Assembly: GCA_951406725.2 (NCBI GenBank) | Contig: OX597824.1 | Location: 93,000,001 to 93,064,000, forward strand | Reading direction: 5' to 3' | DNA from: Octopus vulgaris | Lineage: Eukaryota | Length of the DNA: 64,000 bases | Shown: in pieces, positions 26,710 to 40,127 of the stretch | Layout: the number at the start of each line of letters is the position of its first letter | Numbering within the stretch: the first letter of the stretch is position 1 | Position numbers and translations under genes: made by a program | The notes under the pieces: generated by a model | What the model was told of the DNA's origin: nothing | The model's input: the letters and a program-made list of their open reading frames with translations, nothing else | Database searches by the model: none

Positions 26710-29700
26710 CTAGTTTGTGAATCCACCTCTGATACGTGGCACTTGATCAACAAGGGAGTTCGATGCTGCTGCCCGCATCCGTGTCTCCTGTCGTGAGGTA
26801 GGTTCATCTGGGACTCCCAACAAGAAGAGATCCAGTTTAGTTTTAAAGAAACCCACATCCACACCATGTAAGTCTCTCAGGCATTTAGGGAGGATGTTGA
26901 AAAGCTGTGGTCCTCTGAAACCCAAGCTGTTGCAGTATCTGGACCTGTATTTTGATGGTGATGTTGGAATCCTTGGCACCACGCAGCGGCGCCCTGTTCT
27001 GCGGTTGGAGTAACTTTGAATGCCAAAGTTTGGGACAAGACCCTCCAGGATTTTCCAGATGTATATTACTGCATATCTCTCCCGCCTCCGCTCCAGGGAG
27101 AAGAGGTTTAATACCTTCAGTCTTTCCCAGTAGCTGACATTTTGCATTGAGACGATTTTCTTTGTGTAGCTTCTCTGAGTTGCTTCGAGTTCTGCTGTTT
27201 GTTTTATATTGTGTGGTGACCAAAGTTGGGAGCAGTAGTCCAAGCGGCTGAGGACAAATGTTTTCCATAGGACCATCAGTGTCTCCTTCTCTCTTGTTCT
27301 GAAAGTTCGGAGAATCCATCCAGCTAGCCGTCTGCATTTTATCACCAGATTAGCAATATGCATTTGGAAAGATGCATCATTGCTCATGTCAATGCCCAGG
27401 TCACGCACTGATTTTGACTCAGGGATTGCAATTCTTCCTGGGCCAGTGTATCCAGTCTTCACGTCATTTACCTTTGTGTGCCAGTAGCGCAGGGCCTGGA
27501 ACTTACCTGCATTAAACTGCATGTTGTTGTCCTCAGCCCACCTGTATATTGTGTCCAGCTCATGTTGCAGATGCGCAATATTTTCAGGGTTCTGTATTGC
27601 GTGGGAGACCTTTGTGTCATCTGCATAGCTAGCAAGGGTGGTCATCGTAGCAACTGAAGGCATGTCTGAAAGGGCCACTATGAACATCAGTGGCCCCAAG
27701 ACAGTGCCCTGTGGGACACCGCTTGTTATTTGCGTTTCCCTGGAGGTGGCTCCATTGCTCACAACTGCCTGTTTTCTGTCTTTTAGGAAGTTGTGCAGCC
27801 ACTCTCCAAGTTTCCCGCCTATGCCGAGACCACGCAGTTTGTGACAGATCATACCATGGTCGACTTTATCAAAGGCTTTTGCAAAGTCAAGATATATTAC
27901 ATCCACATTTGAGCCATTTAGTAGCTGTTTCAACACCCAGTCATAGTGTTGCAGGAGCTGTGTTAGGCAGCCTCTACCTGGTCGAAATCCATGCTGGGTG
28001 TCAGACAGTAAGTCATTTTCTTCAAGGAACATGATTAGTTTCTTACAGACTATTCGTTCCATGACTTTGCTGATGTGTGAGGTCAGAGAGATAGGCCTAT
28101 AATTTTTAGCATCTGCTCTGCTACCTCCCTTATGGATAGGGCATATTACCCCCTCTTTCAGTTTGACTGGGAGCTTACCACTTGCAAGAAAGCTCTGAAA
28201 AAGAAGCTGTAGCGGTTTTGCAAGGGCTCGTTTGCACGATTTGAGAAGGATCGCTGGGAATCCATCAGGTCCAGCAGCTGAGTTTGTGTCAATCTCATCA
28301 ATGGCTAGTGTGATATCATCATCTTCGATGTTGATGTACTCAATTTTTGTCTCTTTGGCCGCTGGTAAAGTGGCAAAGAATTCTTCTGGGTTGTTTACTT
28401 GCCTGTGTCCTAGAGGTGTAGTGAATACACTTTGGAACTGTTCGTTCAGTATTTCACTTATCCTCGTGGGATTTCCTGTGAGAGAGCCATCTTTTTGGAA
28501 GAGAGGTCCTATTCTCTGGTGCACTGTGGCTGTCTCTTTGGCAAACTTAAAGAAAGCTTTAGGGTTTGATTTTATATTTTCTATTACCCAAGCTTCTTTA
28601 TCTGCTCTCTCCTTTTCATGGGACTGATGTAGACTTTTCTCAGTTTCCATTAGCATTCTTTCGAGCCGAGACTTCTCACCACTTTTGGTGTGCTTGCTCA
28701 GGCGGTTTGCAATCCTTGTCCGTCGTCTCATAAGAATCCTCCTTTCTCTAGGGATCCTGTTTTTATTCTTGTGTGTGCTGGCCCTGCACATTGGGACATA
28801 TTTGTCACATATGGCTTGTATTATGGACATGAAGTGTTTGTGTTTCATGTTTATGTCCGGTGTGGAGAGACATTCAGGCCAATCCTGTTTGAGGATCTCT
28901 TTCTCAATCGACTTCCAGTTGGCTTTATGAAAGTTTAAGTTGGAGAGATGGTGGGTGCTTCGTATAGGCTGTGTGTCTGCGGGGGCTTTTGTTCCATACG
29001 TAGACAGCTCTATTATGTTGTGATCCGAGATCATTGTCGGCATCACATTAACATTATGGATAATATCCATATTGTTTGTAAAGCAGAGATCCAGTATATT
29101 ATCTGCCCTTGTTGGTTGCAGAACTATTTGCTCCATGAAAGAGGTATTTGTGAGATGGAGCAGGGACTCCACCTGTGCCTGCTGATGGTGTGTCATCCCT
29201 GGGAGCATCTGCCCCCCAGGCCATTCCACATTGGGGAGGTTAAAGTCACCCATGAAGAATACACTGTTGTGCTGTTCAAGGTTGGTGAGGACTTCTCCTA
29301 TTTTTGTTAGGCAGTCTTCAAACATGCCTGAGTGTTTTGGGGCGTCTGGTGGGCGATATGTAGTGCATATGACGATATTCAGTTGTCTTATGTGTACAAT
29401 TTGAGTTTCACATACTGAGTTTGAATATGACAGCAGGACCTGGGGCGTGAGGTCATCTCGGATGTACATTGCAACTCCACCATGGCTCCTCCCTTTTCTA
29501 TCTGTGCGTATGACTGCATATTGCGGCATGTGTATTTCTGCATCACCTATATCGGGTTCAAGATGCGTTTCTGTGAGTGCCATGCATATAGCTTGATTGC
29601 ATGTCACAAGGTCTCTCAGGAATGAAATTTTCTTTTTACAGTTTCCGCGCAGCAGCCCTCCTACATTCAGTAGAAATATTTTTGTGGTGTGTGTGTTGGT

Positions 29701-29814
29701 GTTGGTGTCTGTGGTGGCCATCCTGCATCTGTTGGAGGTGGCCTTATGTGGTGGTAGTTCCAGCTTTGTGCTTGTAGCCAGGTCAGCTGCTGAACAATTT
29801 TTTGTGCCATGCAC
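26710..29814 (-). CDS. LINE ORF2: APE endonuclease plus reverse transcriptase (first ATG at 29721)
   Basis: 1034-aa open frame. APE motifs LLNVGGL, TETHL, HGGV, YRPP, GDFN, ILDL, SDH; RT motifs [34 protein letters not shown]; CR1-like C-terminal SLERRRER. Confidence 0.97.
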   Translation of the reverse strand: MHGTKNCSAADLATSTKLELPPHKATSNRCRMATTDTNTNTHTTKIFLLNVGGLLRGNCKKKISFLRDLVTCNQAICMALTETHLEPDIGDAEIHMPQYAVIRTDRKGRSHGGVAMYIRDDLTPQVLLSYSNSVCETQIVHIRQLNIVICTTYRPPDAPKHSGMFEDCLTKIGEVLTNLEQHNSVFFMGDFNLPNVEWPGGQMLPGMTHHQQAQVESLLHLTNTSFMEQIVLQPTRADNILDLCFTNNMDIIHNVNVMPTMISDHNIIELSTYGTKAPADTQPIRSTHHLSNLNFHKANWKSIEKEILKQDWPECLSTPDINMKHKHFMSIIQAICDKYVPMCRASTHKNKNRIPRERRILMRRRTRIANRLSKHTKSGEKSRLERMLMETEKSLHQSHEKERADKEAWVIENIKSNPKAFFKFAKETATVHQRIGPLFQKDGSLTGNPTRISEILNEQFQSVFTTPLGHRQVNNPEEFFATLPAAKETKIEYINIEDDDITLAIDEIDTNSAAGPDGFPAILLKSCKRALAKPLQLLFQSFLASGKLPVKLKEGVICPIHKGGSRADAKNYRPISLTSHISKVMERIVCKKLIMFLEENDLLSDTQHGFRPGRGCLTQLLQHYDWVLKQLLNGSNVDVIYLDFAKAFDKVDHGMICHKLRGLGIGGKLGEWLHNFLKDRKQAVVSNGATSRETQITSGVPQGTVLGPLMFIVALSDMPSVATMTTLASYADDTKVSHAIQNPENIAHLQHELDTIYRWAEDNNMQFNAGKFQALRYWHTKVNDVKTGYTGPGRIAIPESKSVRDLGIDMSNDASFQMHIANLVIKCRRLAGWILRTFRTREKETLMVLWKTFVLSRLDYCSQLWSPHNIKQTAELEATQRSYTKKIVSMQNVSYWERLKVLNLFSLERRRERYAVIYIWKILEGLVPNFGIQSYSNRRTGRRCVVPRIPTSPSKYRSRYCNSLGFRGPQLFNILPKCLRDLHGVDVGFFKTKLDLFLLGVPDEPTSRQETRMRAAASNSLVDQVPRIRGGFTN

Positions 29815-30298
29815 AAAAAGACTGCTGTTCAGCTGCCGCCCTTCTCACATCTGGGTGAAGCTGGCCACCTGTTGGGTTTCCGCGCACCACATCTGCATAC
29901 CGTCTTTCAGTAGTGGTCAGTGCGCTTTTTTCCCTTCTTTTAACTTTTTGTTTTTGTTCTCCCTGAGGGAGGGACCTCTGTCTCGCGTCCGTGCGGTTTT
30001 GGTAGGGCCTCCGATGTGCAAAGCGACAGTTTGCACCTTCAACGCCGTACCAGCAGTCCCCCCTCAGGTAGAATTTGCAGGTGTTTCTTTCCCTGCCCTT
30101 ACAGTTTTTGCTGGGGTCCCTCTGCTTTCTCTGGACAGGGCTTCCTTTAGCCTTGATTCTGTCACCCTTTACCTCCTGCTTCCCATCAATTCCAGGGTGC
30201 CTTTCCTTTCTTGCGGCCATCGCACCTCTTTGGTCTTCAGTTGTGGTGTTGGAAGCTGGACATGTGTCATCGTTTCCCTGTGTTCCAGGCTTCTCCAT
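29783..30298 (-). CDS. LINE ORF1 C-terminal part with CCCH zinc finger
   Basis: [22 protein letters not shown] (C-x7-C-x8-C-x3-H) in a basic protein directly upstream of ORF2; frame stays open upstream (DEESIQSQ) to about 30322. Confidence 0.8.
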   Translation of the reverse strand: MEKPGTQGNDDTCPASNTTTEDQRGAMAARKERHPGIDGKQEVKGDRIKAKGSPVQRKQRDPSKNCKGRERNTCKFYLRGDCWYGVEGANCRFAHRRPYQNRTDARQRSLPQGEQKQKVKRREKSALTTTERRYADVVRGNPTGGQLHPDVRRAAAEQQSFCAWHKKLFSS

Positions 30299-30311
30299 TT
30301 GGCTCTGGATG

Positions 30312-30376
30312 CTTTCCTCATCCTTTCCTCATCCTTTCCTCATCCTTTCCTCATCCTTTCCTCATCCTTTCCTCAT
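30312..30376. repeat. 11-bp tandem repeat (CTTTCCTCATC) x6 at the LINE 5' junction
   Basis: Five complete units plus one 10-bp unit read directly. Confidence 0.95.
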
Positions 30377-30473
30377 GTATGTATATATATATATACCTAT
30401 ATTTATATATATGCATATTTATACATATATTTATATATGTATAAATATATGTACACACATACATCTAATTCAC

Positions 30474-30584
<111 letters not shown>

Positions 30585-30997
30585 ATGTATGTGTACACGA
30601 ACAGACATTTTTTATGCGATATTGAACGACTGTCGTCGGTGTGTGTAATTTTTTCTTAATGTACAATATAGTAAGAAGTGTATTTTTGCAATCAGGAATC
30701 ATGTACTTTGTTGTACCGGTGACTAGTGTAGTTCACAAAGTAGAACTGTTTATGATGTTAGTAGAATTAACTTTGTATTACTGTATTAAAAAGGACGTTA
30801 AATTATATTTTGACTTCGTGAACACATCAACAGATAAATTATAGCTTTAGTTATTTTTTTCTTTGAGGGTGGTTGTGTATGTCTGTTTTTTTTTTAGTGT
30901 TTACTTTTGTTTTTGTTTTTTCTTTGTGCTAATCTTCATAACATATTCTGGTGTAATGGACTATAACGATATCAATATGTATATTATTATTATTATT

Positions 30998-31045
<48 letters not shown>

Positions 31046-32244
31046 ATTATTATTATTATTATATGATCATTATTTATTATGACATTTTGATATCAGATTA
31101 TTGCCAGGCATTCACTGTTACTGGTCACCACGAGATGAGTAATGCCTGGAGAAGCTGGAATATGTCCGGCGGAATTCAAGCGTGTGATTTTCGCCGCAGA
31201 AAAACCAACAACGTCTGCATTAGCGAACCAGTTAAGAAGAAGATGTTGCTGGAGTCAACAAGATGGATTTCGATGGAACAAAAACAAACTGCTAGAATAT
31301 AGTAAATAATTTTCATAGTAAAAATACTTTTGAGGTGGATTAATCCGGAGGTTTGAGGACGCGATTAAAGCAGACGTTAGGTCAGATGTCCTAACAATGA
31401 AAATAATGCCCTGTCTTGTAGTGTAACACAAAGGTTATGTTGTTTTGCTCTGGCTCTGATCTTAGACACGATGATGAAGTGGATTTTGATCACCCGAATG
31501 TCAGAGATGTTGTGCTATAAATGCTATAATTATTTCGTTGACAGCCCATGGCGACCGTGCACTATGCAACGCTAAGTAGACGTATGTAGTTTTCAATTGG
31601 CTTTTTACTCCGATATTAAATAAAAATTAATTAAATGAAAAGAAAAAAAATGCCGCAAGAGCTGAATGGTGATTGTGTAATTCCTGTAAAAGTATTCATA
31701 TTCATCTCATATAAATAATGTTTAAAATTGTCGCGTTTAGAGTTTGTTTGATTATATCGCGTGAAAGCGGTAATGGGAGAACTTAAGACTACTTTTAACA
31801 TGAAAGATTGTCTCTTGACTGATAGAAAATATCCATTAACACCATTTAATAATAACGAATCAAATCAAAAGAAAATTATGCAGATGTTGAATAATAACAG
31901 TGTACGTTGTACTTGAAAATGTTATCGATCGTTATCACAATAATTAATGTATGACAAATATCTATTTCAGCGGTGCCAGTTTACCGTATATAAATGTACT
32001 AACGAACTATACGTCATATCAACACAAGGCATATTGAGGTTCCTTATTCAGAAATGGCAAACAATAGGCGCAGGAGTGGCTGTGTTGTAAGTAGCTTGCT
32101 TACCAACCACATGCTTCCGGGTTCAGTCCCACTGCGTGGCACCTTAGATTTCCTAAGTCTTAGGTTTTCAGTTATGTGTTTCTTTGCATAATTATTACCA
32201 ATCCAAAATCACATATCATTGCTGGGATTGTTTACATTTGTTCC

Positions 32245-32473
32245 CAAAACACATACGGCACAGAATGTTTTTTACCTCAATAGACGTCAGTGATTGGTCG
32301 AAATTGCAGAAATTGAAGAAAAAACAACAAATATCTTACAAACTATAGAATTTTCTCAATAAAGCCAAGAGAAAAAGATGTTTTATAAACACATTCTAGC
32401 AGTATACGAAGTTTAAAATTTTTTAGTTACCTAGAAATTATGTTAAAAACTGTGGTTCAAACCGAAAAGATCT
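32245..32473. mobile_element. Partial inverted copy of the same Merlin-like element
   Basis: Reverse complement of ~32988-33215, ending in TTCAAACCGAAAAGATCT. Confidence 0.85.
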
Positions 32474-32987
32474 CATCACAGCTACTGGTTTCCCATCCGT
32501 CTATGTTGTGGCAAGAAAGGTAAGATTCATCCAACTAATACTATTATAATTTACACTATTGTCCTCTTCAATATTCATCATCTCGAGGTCAATAAACAAA
32601 GCAGTGATCAATTAAACAGGTCACTTTACTCGACGAACTCCAGCCACAAACCGCTGGCCTTTTGCCTAAAAGAGAAAACCAAAATAATTAATAATTATAT
32701 TATATCTTTAGAAAATGATGGATTAGATAATAATAATAGTCTATCGGATAAAATTTATTGCAGTGCTCCGCAATATCTTTTATTTTCAGAATTTAAACCG
32801 CATTATATTTGCACGTAGAACGGGGTCACTTTATGTTTACTAGTAATGAACTGGGACTGCTCTATGTCAATTCAATCGAACGGCCTACTCGCTGAAATCT
32901 ACAGTATTGTACCCGTCTTAATCAAATCATTGTTTTTGTAATATAATTGCACACTGACTCATATATTTTAGGGTATTAAACGTAGTG

Positions 32988-33420
32988 GGATCTTTTCGGT
33001 TTGAACGGCAGTTTTTAACATAATTTCTAGGTAACTAAAAAATTTTAAACTTCGTATACTGGGAAAATGTGTTTATAAAACATGTTTTTCTCTTGGCTTT
33101 ATTGAGAAAATTCTATAGTTTGTAAGATATTTGTTGGTTTTTTTCTTCAATTTCTGCAATTTCAACCAATCACTGACGTCCATTGAGGTAAACAACATTC
33201 TGTGCTGTATGAATATGTCCCTCGTTTAAGAAACCGATTGGGTTTAATTACATTTGTGAAGAAAAAGAGATACCCTTCCTCCCACCCTAACCCTAACCCT
33301 AACTAACCCTAACCCTAAAACAGATTGAAATGCAATAGATCGATACTAGGGTCATAATTATGGGTGACAATTTCATATGACACCGCTAGAATAAAACTGC
33401 CGTTCAAACCGAAGAGATCT
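32988..33420. mobile_element. Non-autonomous DNA transposon, Merlin-like, with internal (CCCTAA)n
   Basis: ~28-bp TIRs GGATCTTTTCGGTTTGAACGGCAGTTTT; 8-bp TSD ACGTAGTG/AAGTAGTG; 5'-GG terminus. Confidence 0.8.
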
Positions 33421-34170
33421 AAGTAGTGCGTTAATACGTTACCATCGACCAAGTTCACCGATTCTAAAACTATCTTTCAATCACGATTATAAAAGCCTTG
33501 GTGGATAAAAATAAATGTTTCACGTGACAGGAACTTTTGTAATATTCACTTACGATTATATCTTTCAATGATTTCTGTTGTAATTTGATAATTTTGTTGT
33601 ATTATTAATGGTTATTGTGCCTTTCATTATGAGAATAAAAAAGATGAAATAAAATAGAAAATAATAATAAATAATAATATAGCGCTGACGGATATACGGA
33701 TATTTTAAGGATTCCATTTCTAGAAGCGAATGTAACAAAACGGATTTACATTCACACATGTTCAACCACAAACATATACATCTCCATACACACACACACA
33801 CACATACACACTAAAAGAACACGTATTCATAGAACCCGAGTGAAGTTTCTCATGTATGTACGAATATACCACATATGGTGGCGATTATTTCTGGCAATTA
33901 TTATTTTGTTCCATTTTTTCTATTTTAAAAATTTTATCTGTTTATTTTTCTCAGAGTAGGGCTATATTCTTAAATTAGAATTTACACAAAATGAGATTTA
34001 AACCTGTTAAATTTTATACCATTAAGGAAAAATTAAGTTTTTTTTTTCTAAGAAAAATAGAACCAATTTTAAATTAGCTTTTTTTCACTGATTTTCATTA
34101 ATCGATTTCACCTATCACTATCATAGTCTTCAACATTATCGCCTAGATTTTATGGCGCTTTCACGAGAAA

Positions 34171-34217
<47 letters not shown>

Positions 34218-34244
34218 GATTAGTATTAGTATTAGGAGTAAAAT

Positions 34245-34400
34245 TCGTCCTCACGTTCTGAGTTCAAATTGCGCCGAGGACGTCTTTGCCTTTCATCATT
34301 TTGAAGTCGATAAATTAAGTAACAGCTGAATATTGGGGTCGATGAAATTATCCCCTCCATCAAAAAATGGCTGCCCTTGTGGCAAATTTGAAGTAATGAA

Positions 34401-34455
<55 letters not shown>

Positions 34456-34483
34456 GCTGTTGTTGTTGTTATTATTATTATTG

Positions 34484-34553
<70 letters not shown>

Positions 34554-34960
34554 TGACAACAACATTGGAAGGCGGCGAACTGGGTGAATTGTGAGCACGC
34601 CGGGCGAAATGCTTAGAAGCTTTTCGTCTGCTGCTACGTTCTCAGTTCAAGTTCCGTTGAGTTCGACTTTGCCTTTCGTCTTTCCGGGGTCGATAAAAAA
34701 GGTACCAGCAGCTGAATACTGAGAGCGATTTAGTCGACTTACCCGCTTCCCCTGGATTTTCTAGCCTTGTGCCAAAGTTTGGAATCATTATTAATACTAT
34801 TAGGTTTTAACGTTTTGGGTTGAAATTCCTCCGAGTGTGCTTTTCATTGTTTCGGGGGTTCGATAAAATAAGCACCAGTCTAAACATTGGTGTTGATGTA
34901 GTTGACTTCCACCTGCCGTGAATAGCAGCTGGCCGTGGGCCATACTTTGAATCCCTTGGG
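34245..34960 (+). mobile_element. Cluster of three older family B copies with the alternative tail, interspersed with (ATT)/(AAT) tracts
   Basis: GTTCTGAGTTCAAATT...GACTTTGCCTTTC...GGCCTTGTG motifs; similar copies at ~4110-4246, 18965-19115, 44802-44995, 45511-45730, 54078-54275. Confidence 0.75.
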
Positions 34961-35938
34961 TTTTCGAATCTGCATGTTTGGTGCACTCATTTGCCGACAT
35001 ACATCTAGGGCTTTAAAGCAAGCGGAGATTAAAAGATGTCTAAATATAACAGAAAGTTTGGGGATTGAACGTGTGGGGAGTAGTTCACAATTACATTCAT
35101 ATATTACAACCAAAACATTTAAATTGATGGGATTTTTTTAGCGATGTGGGCATCTATTGTGAACACAATATTTCGCATTTCTTTGAAATATGGGTTGTTG
35201 CCAAGATATTTCTGATATCTTTTATTTTATCCCTACAATAGTAGGAACAGATCAAATTTTGCTTTACTATGTCATTTCCTATGTATTTCAATTTCCAGGT
35301 CTTTATATTTACTGCAAATGTACTGAACAAAGAGAAGCATGTGACCGTAGTAGAGAAATCTGTTAAAATATTTAGGATAGTAGTCTGTTCAATGTGAATT
35401 AGGTTGCAGTAAACCATGAGATGCATCCAGTAACACCGACTAACAAATCTGGTAAAGAGAACTGAACTTATCTTTCAGCACACACGCTATTGTCTATATG
35501 TTCTAAAGTTTCAAGTCGTCACTTTTTTACATTCTATATTTTGTATGTTAGTGGCCGAATGTATAAGACATGGAGCATAAAATAACGCCAATAAGAAATA
35601 ATACGTTGAAATCTTTTCGTCAACCACTTACGAAATCATTCGAGCCTATTCTAGTATGAGAGAATATTACAATTCTTGGAGAAATAGTGATCCAATAGTC
35701 ACTAAGTAACTTATACAGGTATATATATATTCATTGGGACGAGCAGAATAATAAACGGTATATATGTTGAATACATTATTCAAAGGTGTTATTCGATTTC
35801 ATGAAATATAAGTAAGTTTTATTATATTTAATGTGGCGCGTATTAAAAATACAATCTAGATATATGCGGATCGTCCAAAAATTTGATATCATTCACAATC
35901 TCTCCAAAAGAGTCTCAGAGATGTTCACGGGTGGACAT

Positions 35939-36211
35939 TCATTGGCATAGAAAAACACAAGTGATATGAAATTTAAGATTCCAAGGCATTTGTGTTTTGG
36001 AAATTCGATGACTAGTATACTTTGATTCACCAATATAAGATTCTCTTTTTCTGAAATGGAAGCATTTATCTCTGGAATTTTTGAAATCTGAATATGTGAA
36101 TTTCATATGAGCTGCATTGAAGAAAACCTCATCCGATTGGTTGATTCCTATTATTTGATACTGAACTGTGAGGCTGTTGAGAACTTTTGGAAAGCCATTA
36201 TCATTTTTCAT
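35939..36211 (-). pseudogene. Possible PLE GIY-YIG relic
   Basis: Only the KC...SYIGESK...HRI motif is recognisable. Confidence 0.3.
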
Positions 36212-36488
36212 CTGAATCTCTACATATTTTAGTGATCATATATTCCGTATGTTCTGTATATTCTGTTCTGCAGTATTTCTTTTGCTGGTAGAATAAACTT
36301 TTAATGTTTTGCCAAACTTTAGTAATATACAGAAGAGAGCAATCACTCGTGGTTAACTAAATAATATGTTCACATATTATAGTATTGGTTGGTGGGCACA
36401 AATGCACATGACACTTTACAGTCAACCTCATACCTATTTATATATACTTACATATATATACATATATGTCTGTGTGTTGTATGTGGCG

Positions 36489-36529
<41 letters not shown>

Positions 36530-36542
36530 ATGTGTGTGTATA

Positions 36543-36592
<50 letters not shown>

Positions 36593-36598
36593 AATATT

Positions 36599-36639
<41 letters not shown>

Positions 36640-36700
36640 ATATGTACATAAATATATATGTATATATATATCTGTGTGTGTGTATATATGTGTATATATA

Positions 36701-36735
<35 letters not shown>

Positions 36736-36760
36736 ACATATATATATATTTATATATATT

Positions 36761-36864
<104 letters not shown>

Positions 36865-37522
36865 TTATATATATATATATACACACAAAGACACACAGAG
36901 AAAGAAAGTGAATAGAGAGAAAGAGGAACTGTATACATCGTTTAAATTATAATCATTGGAAGAATATTAAACACAAACACACAAATATGATTGTTTATTA
37001 CATATAACTCTAACATTAAAAATATACTCTAACACAACGACCACAAATACGAATACGGTGAACGACACACACATGCTCAGATACGTGTGTGTGTGTCTGT
37101 GTGTGTTTGTACAGAGTCACACGCGCTCGCACACATATATGTAATGTTTATGTATCCGTGCACAATGTCGTAGCCAATACAATTACATTCGAACAGAATC
37201 TTATGATTTATTGCCCTTATGTTCTGCAGTAATAAATATGTTGTGCATACAAAATGCTTGAGGTGATATTGTTAGGACGAACTGGACTCAGTGCAGTTGG
37301 TGCGTTGGCATTGACGGTAGGACATACGTACAGAATATCTTACTGGGTACATCACTGCTTATTACCTGAGGAAATAAGCAGTCTGTATACTAATATCTCC
37401 AAGGCCTACTTTAATATGAGTAATGTTACATAATATATTTCATTACAGAAACAAATCTGACTGGATAAATACAGAAAACTTCGCTCTTTCTTTCTCTTTC
37501 TCTGTTCCATTATATATTCATA

Positions 37523-37569
<47 letters not shown>

Positions 37570-38316
37570 GCTTATGGTTTTACAAACACTGGCAAATACG
37601 TATATGTGTATATAGGTAATCATAAATGGATACGTGGTTGAATGTGTTTAGGTATATATCAGTATATTTATACCTGCGTGGGGATTACGAGAATGTTGTA
37701 TATTTATAGAGAGAAAGAGAGTGAGGGAGAAGAAATTAAAAAATAAAGCTCAAATATTTTTTTTTAAGATATACATTTATAAAGGGATTTACACACATAA
37801 AAACACATGCGCAAATAATCACAAACACACACACACATACATGTATGTACGTACGTACGTACGTATGTATATATGTGTATCTGTATGTGTGTATGAACAG
37901 AAAAGTATTTGGAAAACGAAATACGTGTTACGGGAAAACAATATTGTTTCAGGAAGGAACAAAAATATGTTGTTATTTTTAGTATGTCCCTAAACTTAAC
38001 GCCGATACTTATGGTTTTTCTAACTGATGATATTTGAAATAATGCGATAAAACATTGCATACAATCGGATACATACACATACCTATTAGAATATCTAGTA
38101 TTCAACCTCATACCTAATTTTTTACTATGTATGTATAATCTCTCTTTCTATCTCTTTCACTCATTATATTTATATATATATATTTATACACACACACACA
38201 CGCACACACACACATACACACACATACACACACATACACACTCACACACATATACACACACATGCACACATACATACACACACACAGACACACTCACACA
38301 CAGACACACACACACT

Positions 38317-38356
<40 letters not shown>

Positions 38357-38364
<8 letters not shown>

Positions 38365-38578
38365 GCTTTGGGGACGGTCATGTTGCCGATTTCGGCAATG
38401 AAGTCACAAGCACTATATATTTGGTTCTCACTTGCTTCATCATTATTCTATATTAATATAATAATGAATATAATAATAAATATGAATATAAAGCTGAAGC
38501 AAGTGAATACCAACTATATAGTGCGTATTTCTTCATTGTCTAAACTGGCAACATGACCATCCCCAAATACAACAATAT
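38357..38578. repeat. Diverged ~85-bp inverted repeat (PLE terminus pair or MITE)
   Basis: ATTGTTGGCTTTGGGGACGGTCATGTTGCC...CTTGCTTCA versus TGAAGCAAG...GGCAACATGACCATCCCCAAATACAACAAT. Confidence 0.7.
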
Positions 38579-38631
38579 CTGCTTCAGCACACGATTTCAC
38601 ATCAAGAATCTTACAAAACGAAAATATAAAC

Positions 38632-38680
<49 letters not shown>

Positions 38681-38717
38681 ACATATATAATATGTATTTA
38701 TATATATATATATATAT

Positions 38718-38875
38718 ATATTATTAGTGAATTGAAGAAATGGAGTTGAACGAAGATTGAACAGAAATCGTTTTATTGCATTCTACACGTGTTTCGAAAG
38801 GCACGTGTAGAATGCAATAAAACGATTTCTGTTCAATCTTCGTTCAACTCCATTTCTTCAATTCACTAATAATAT
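38718..38875. repeat. Perfect 74-bp inverted repeat of a PLE 3' terminus
   Basis: Arms 38718-38791 and 38802-38875; homologous to 40072-40150. Confidence 0.9.
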
Positions 38876-39022
38876 TAAAATTCAATTATCCGCACCAACG
38901 CACGGTTGCAACACCATATGGTTGTACCTCCAACCGTGCTGTCTTCTGCTGTGATTTTTGCTACCAAGGTATCGGTTAAACTTTTGATTAATCTGCAACA
39001 AGATTATTTATCTTTCTATTTC

Positions 39023-39125
<103 letters not shown>

Positions 39126-39615
39126 GTATAATGGACATATCCATATTATGTGAGTGTGTAGGAAGGTTCGTGTGTGTGTGTGTATTTGAATAAACTGGAA
39201 ATAAAATCTGTAAAAGTAACATACTATCAGAATAAAAACGGTTTATGCACTCACTTCGTAAAATATCAAGTGTGTTTCTTGGTCGATCTTGATGTGATGT
39301 AAAAGCATTCAAGTACTGAACTCAAAGCTGAATCCAAGACAAGACAAGACAGCTTGTGCGTTGGTGGTGCAGAGGAGGTGGCTGTGGAAGGGTTGGGGAG
39401 GATAATATCACAGAAGAGGTCTTTAACATAGTCATAAATCCTGAAAAACAACCTATAAATTGTGTTCAGAAATAAATCAATTTTTGTCACAATATTAATG
39501 TATTCATATCAGGTTTGACTTAACACATTGCTGTACTTGAAATTTCACGTGTGACATTGCGATCGTCATTGAACATTTACGAATGTGCATATACACATGG
39601 ATATATTCATATATG

Positions 39616-39700
<85 letters not shown>

Positions 39701-39728
39701 GAGAAAGAAGCAACAAGAATGGATTGGT

Positions 39729-39819
39729 TTTTAGTACAATTGTTTCATACAAAGACAGGCTTTATTACAAGTTGCAAAAATTGCAGCAGATAAAAGTGTC
39801 CCGTACTCATCAGCTAAAA
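39729..39819 (-). ncRNA. Type I hammerhead ribozyme with ~60-nt stem II
   Basis: TTTTAG-CTGATGA-long hairpin-GAAA-CAATTG-TA-CTAAAA: perfect 6-bp stem I and palindromic stem III. Confidence 0.85.
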
Positions 39820-39990
39820 TACATTTGAGTTCTCTAGACATCTTAGTGGGTGAGTTTATACTCATGAGATATTGGAGATAGTTCCATTAGAGGCAGATAT
39901 AGGTTGTAAACTGTTTTTCAAAGTTCCTTAATGATGATGCACAGTCTTATCACAGATCTTTAAAAAACTTATTAGTTTCGAAGAGAATAT

Positions 39991-40075
<85 letters not shown>

Positions 40076-40127
40076 GTGAAGGGAAGAAATGGAGCCGAAC
40101 GAAGATTCTACAAAATTCCTTTTTATT

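Larger units (their letters stand above)
26635..30376 (-). mobile_element. CR1/L2-group LINE, near full length, probably 5'-truncated within ORF1, inserted in a (TA)n-rich tract
   Basis: ORF1 remnant, intact ORF2, ~60-nt 3' UTR and short (AAGGATTT)2 tandem tail at 26635-26650; no TSD resolved. Confidence 0.95.

Noticed and set aside
31100-31300. Possible hAT transposase relic (IHC.., STRWISM)
   Set aside because: Two short motifs only; needs a profile search
33284-33318. Telomere or chromosome fusion site
   Set aside because: Only about five units, internal to a TIR element
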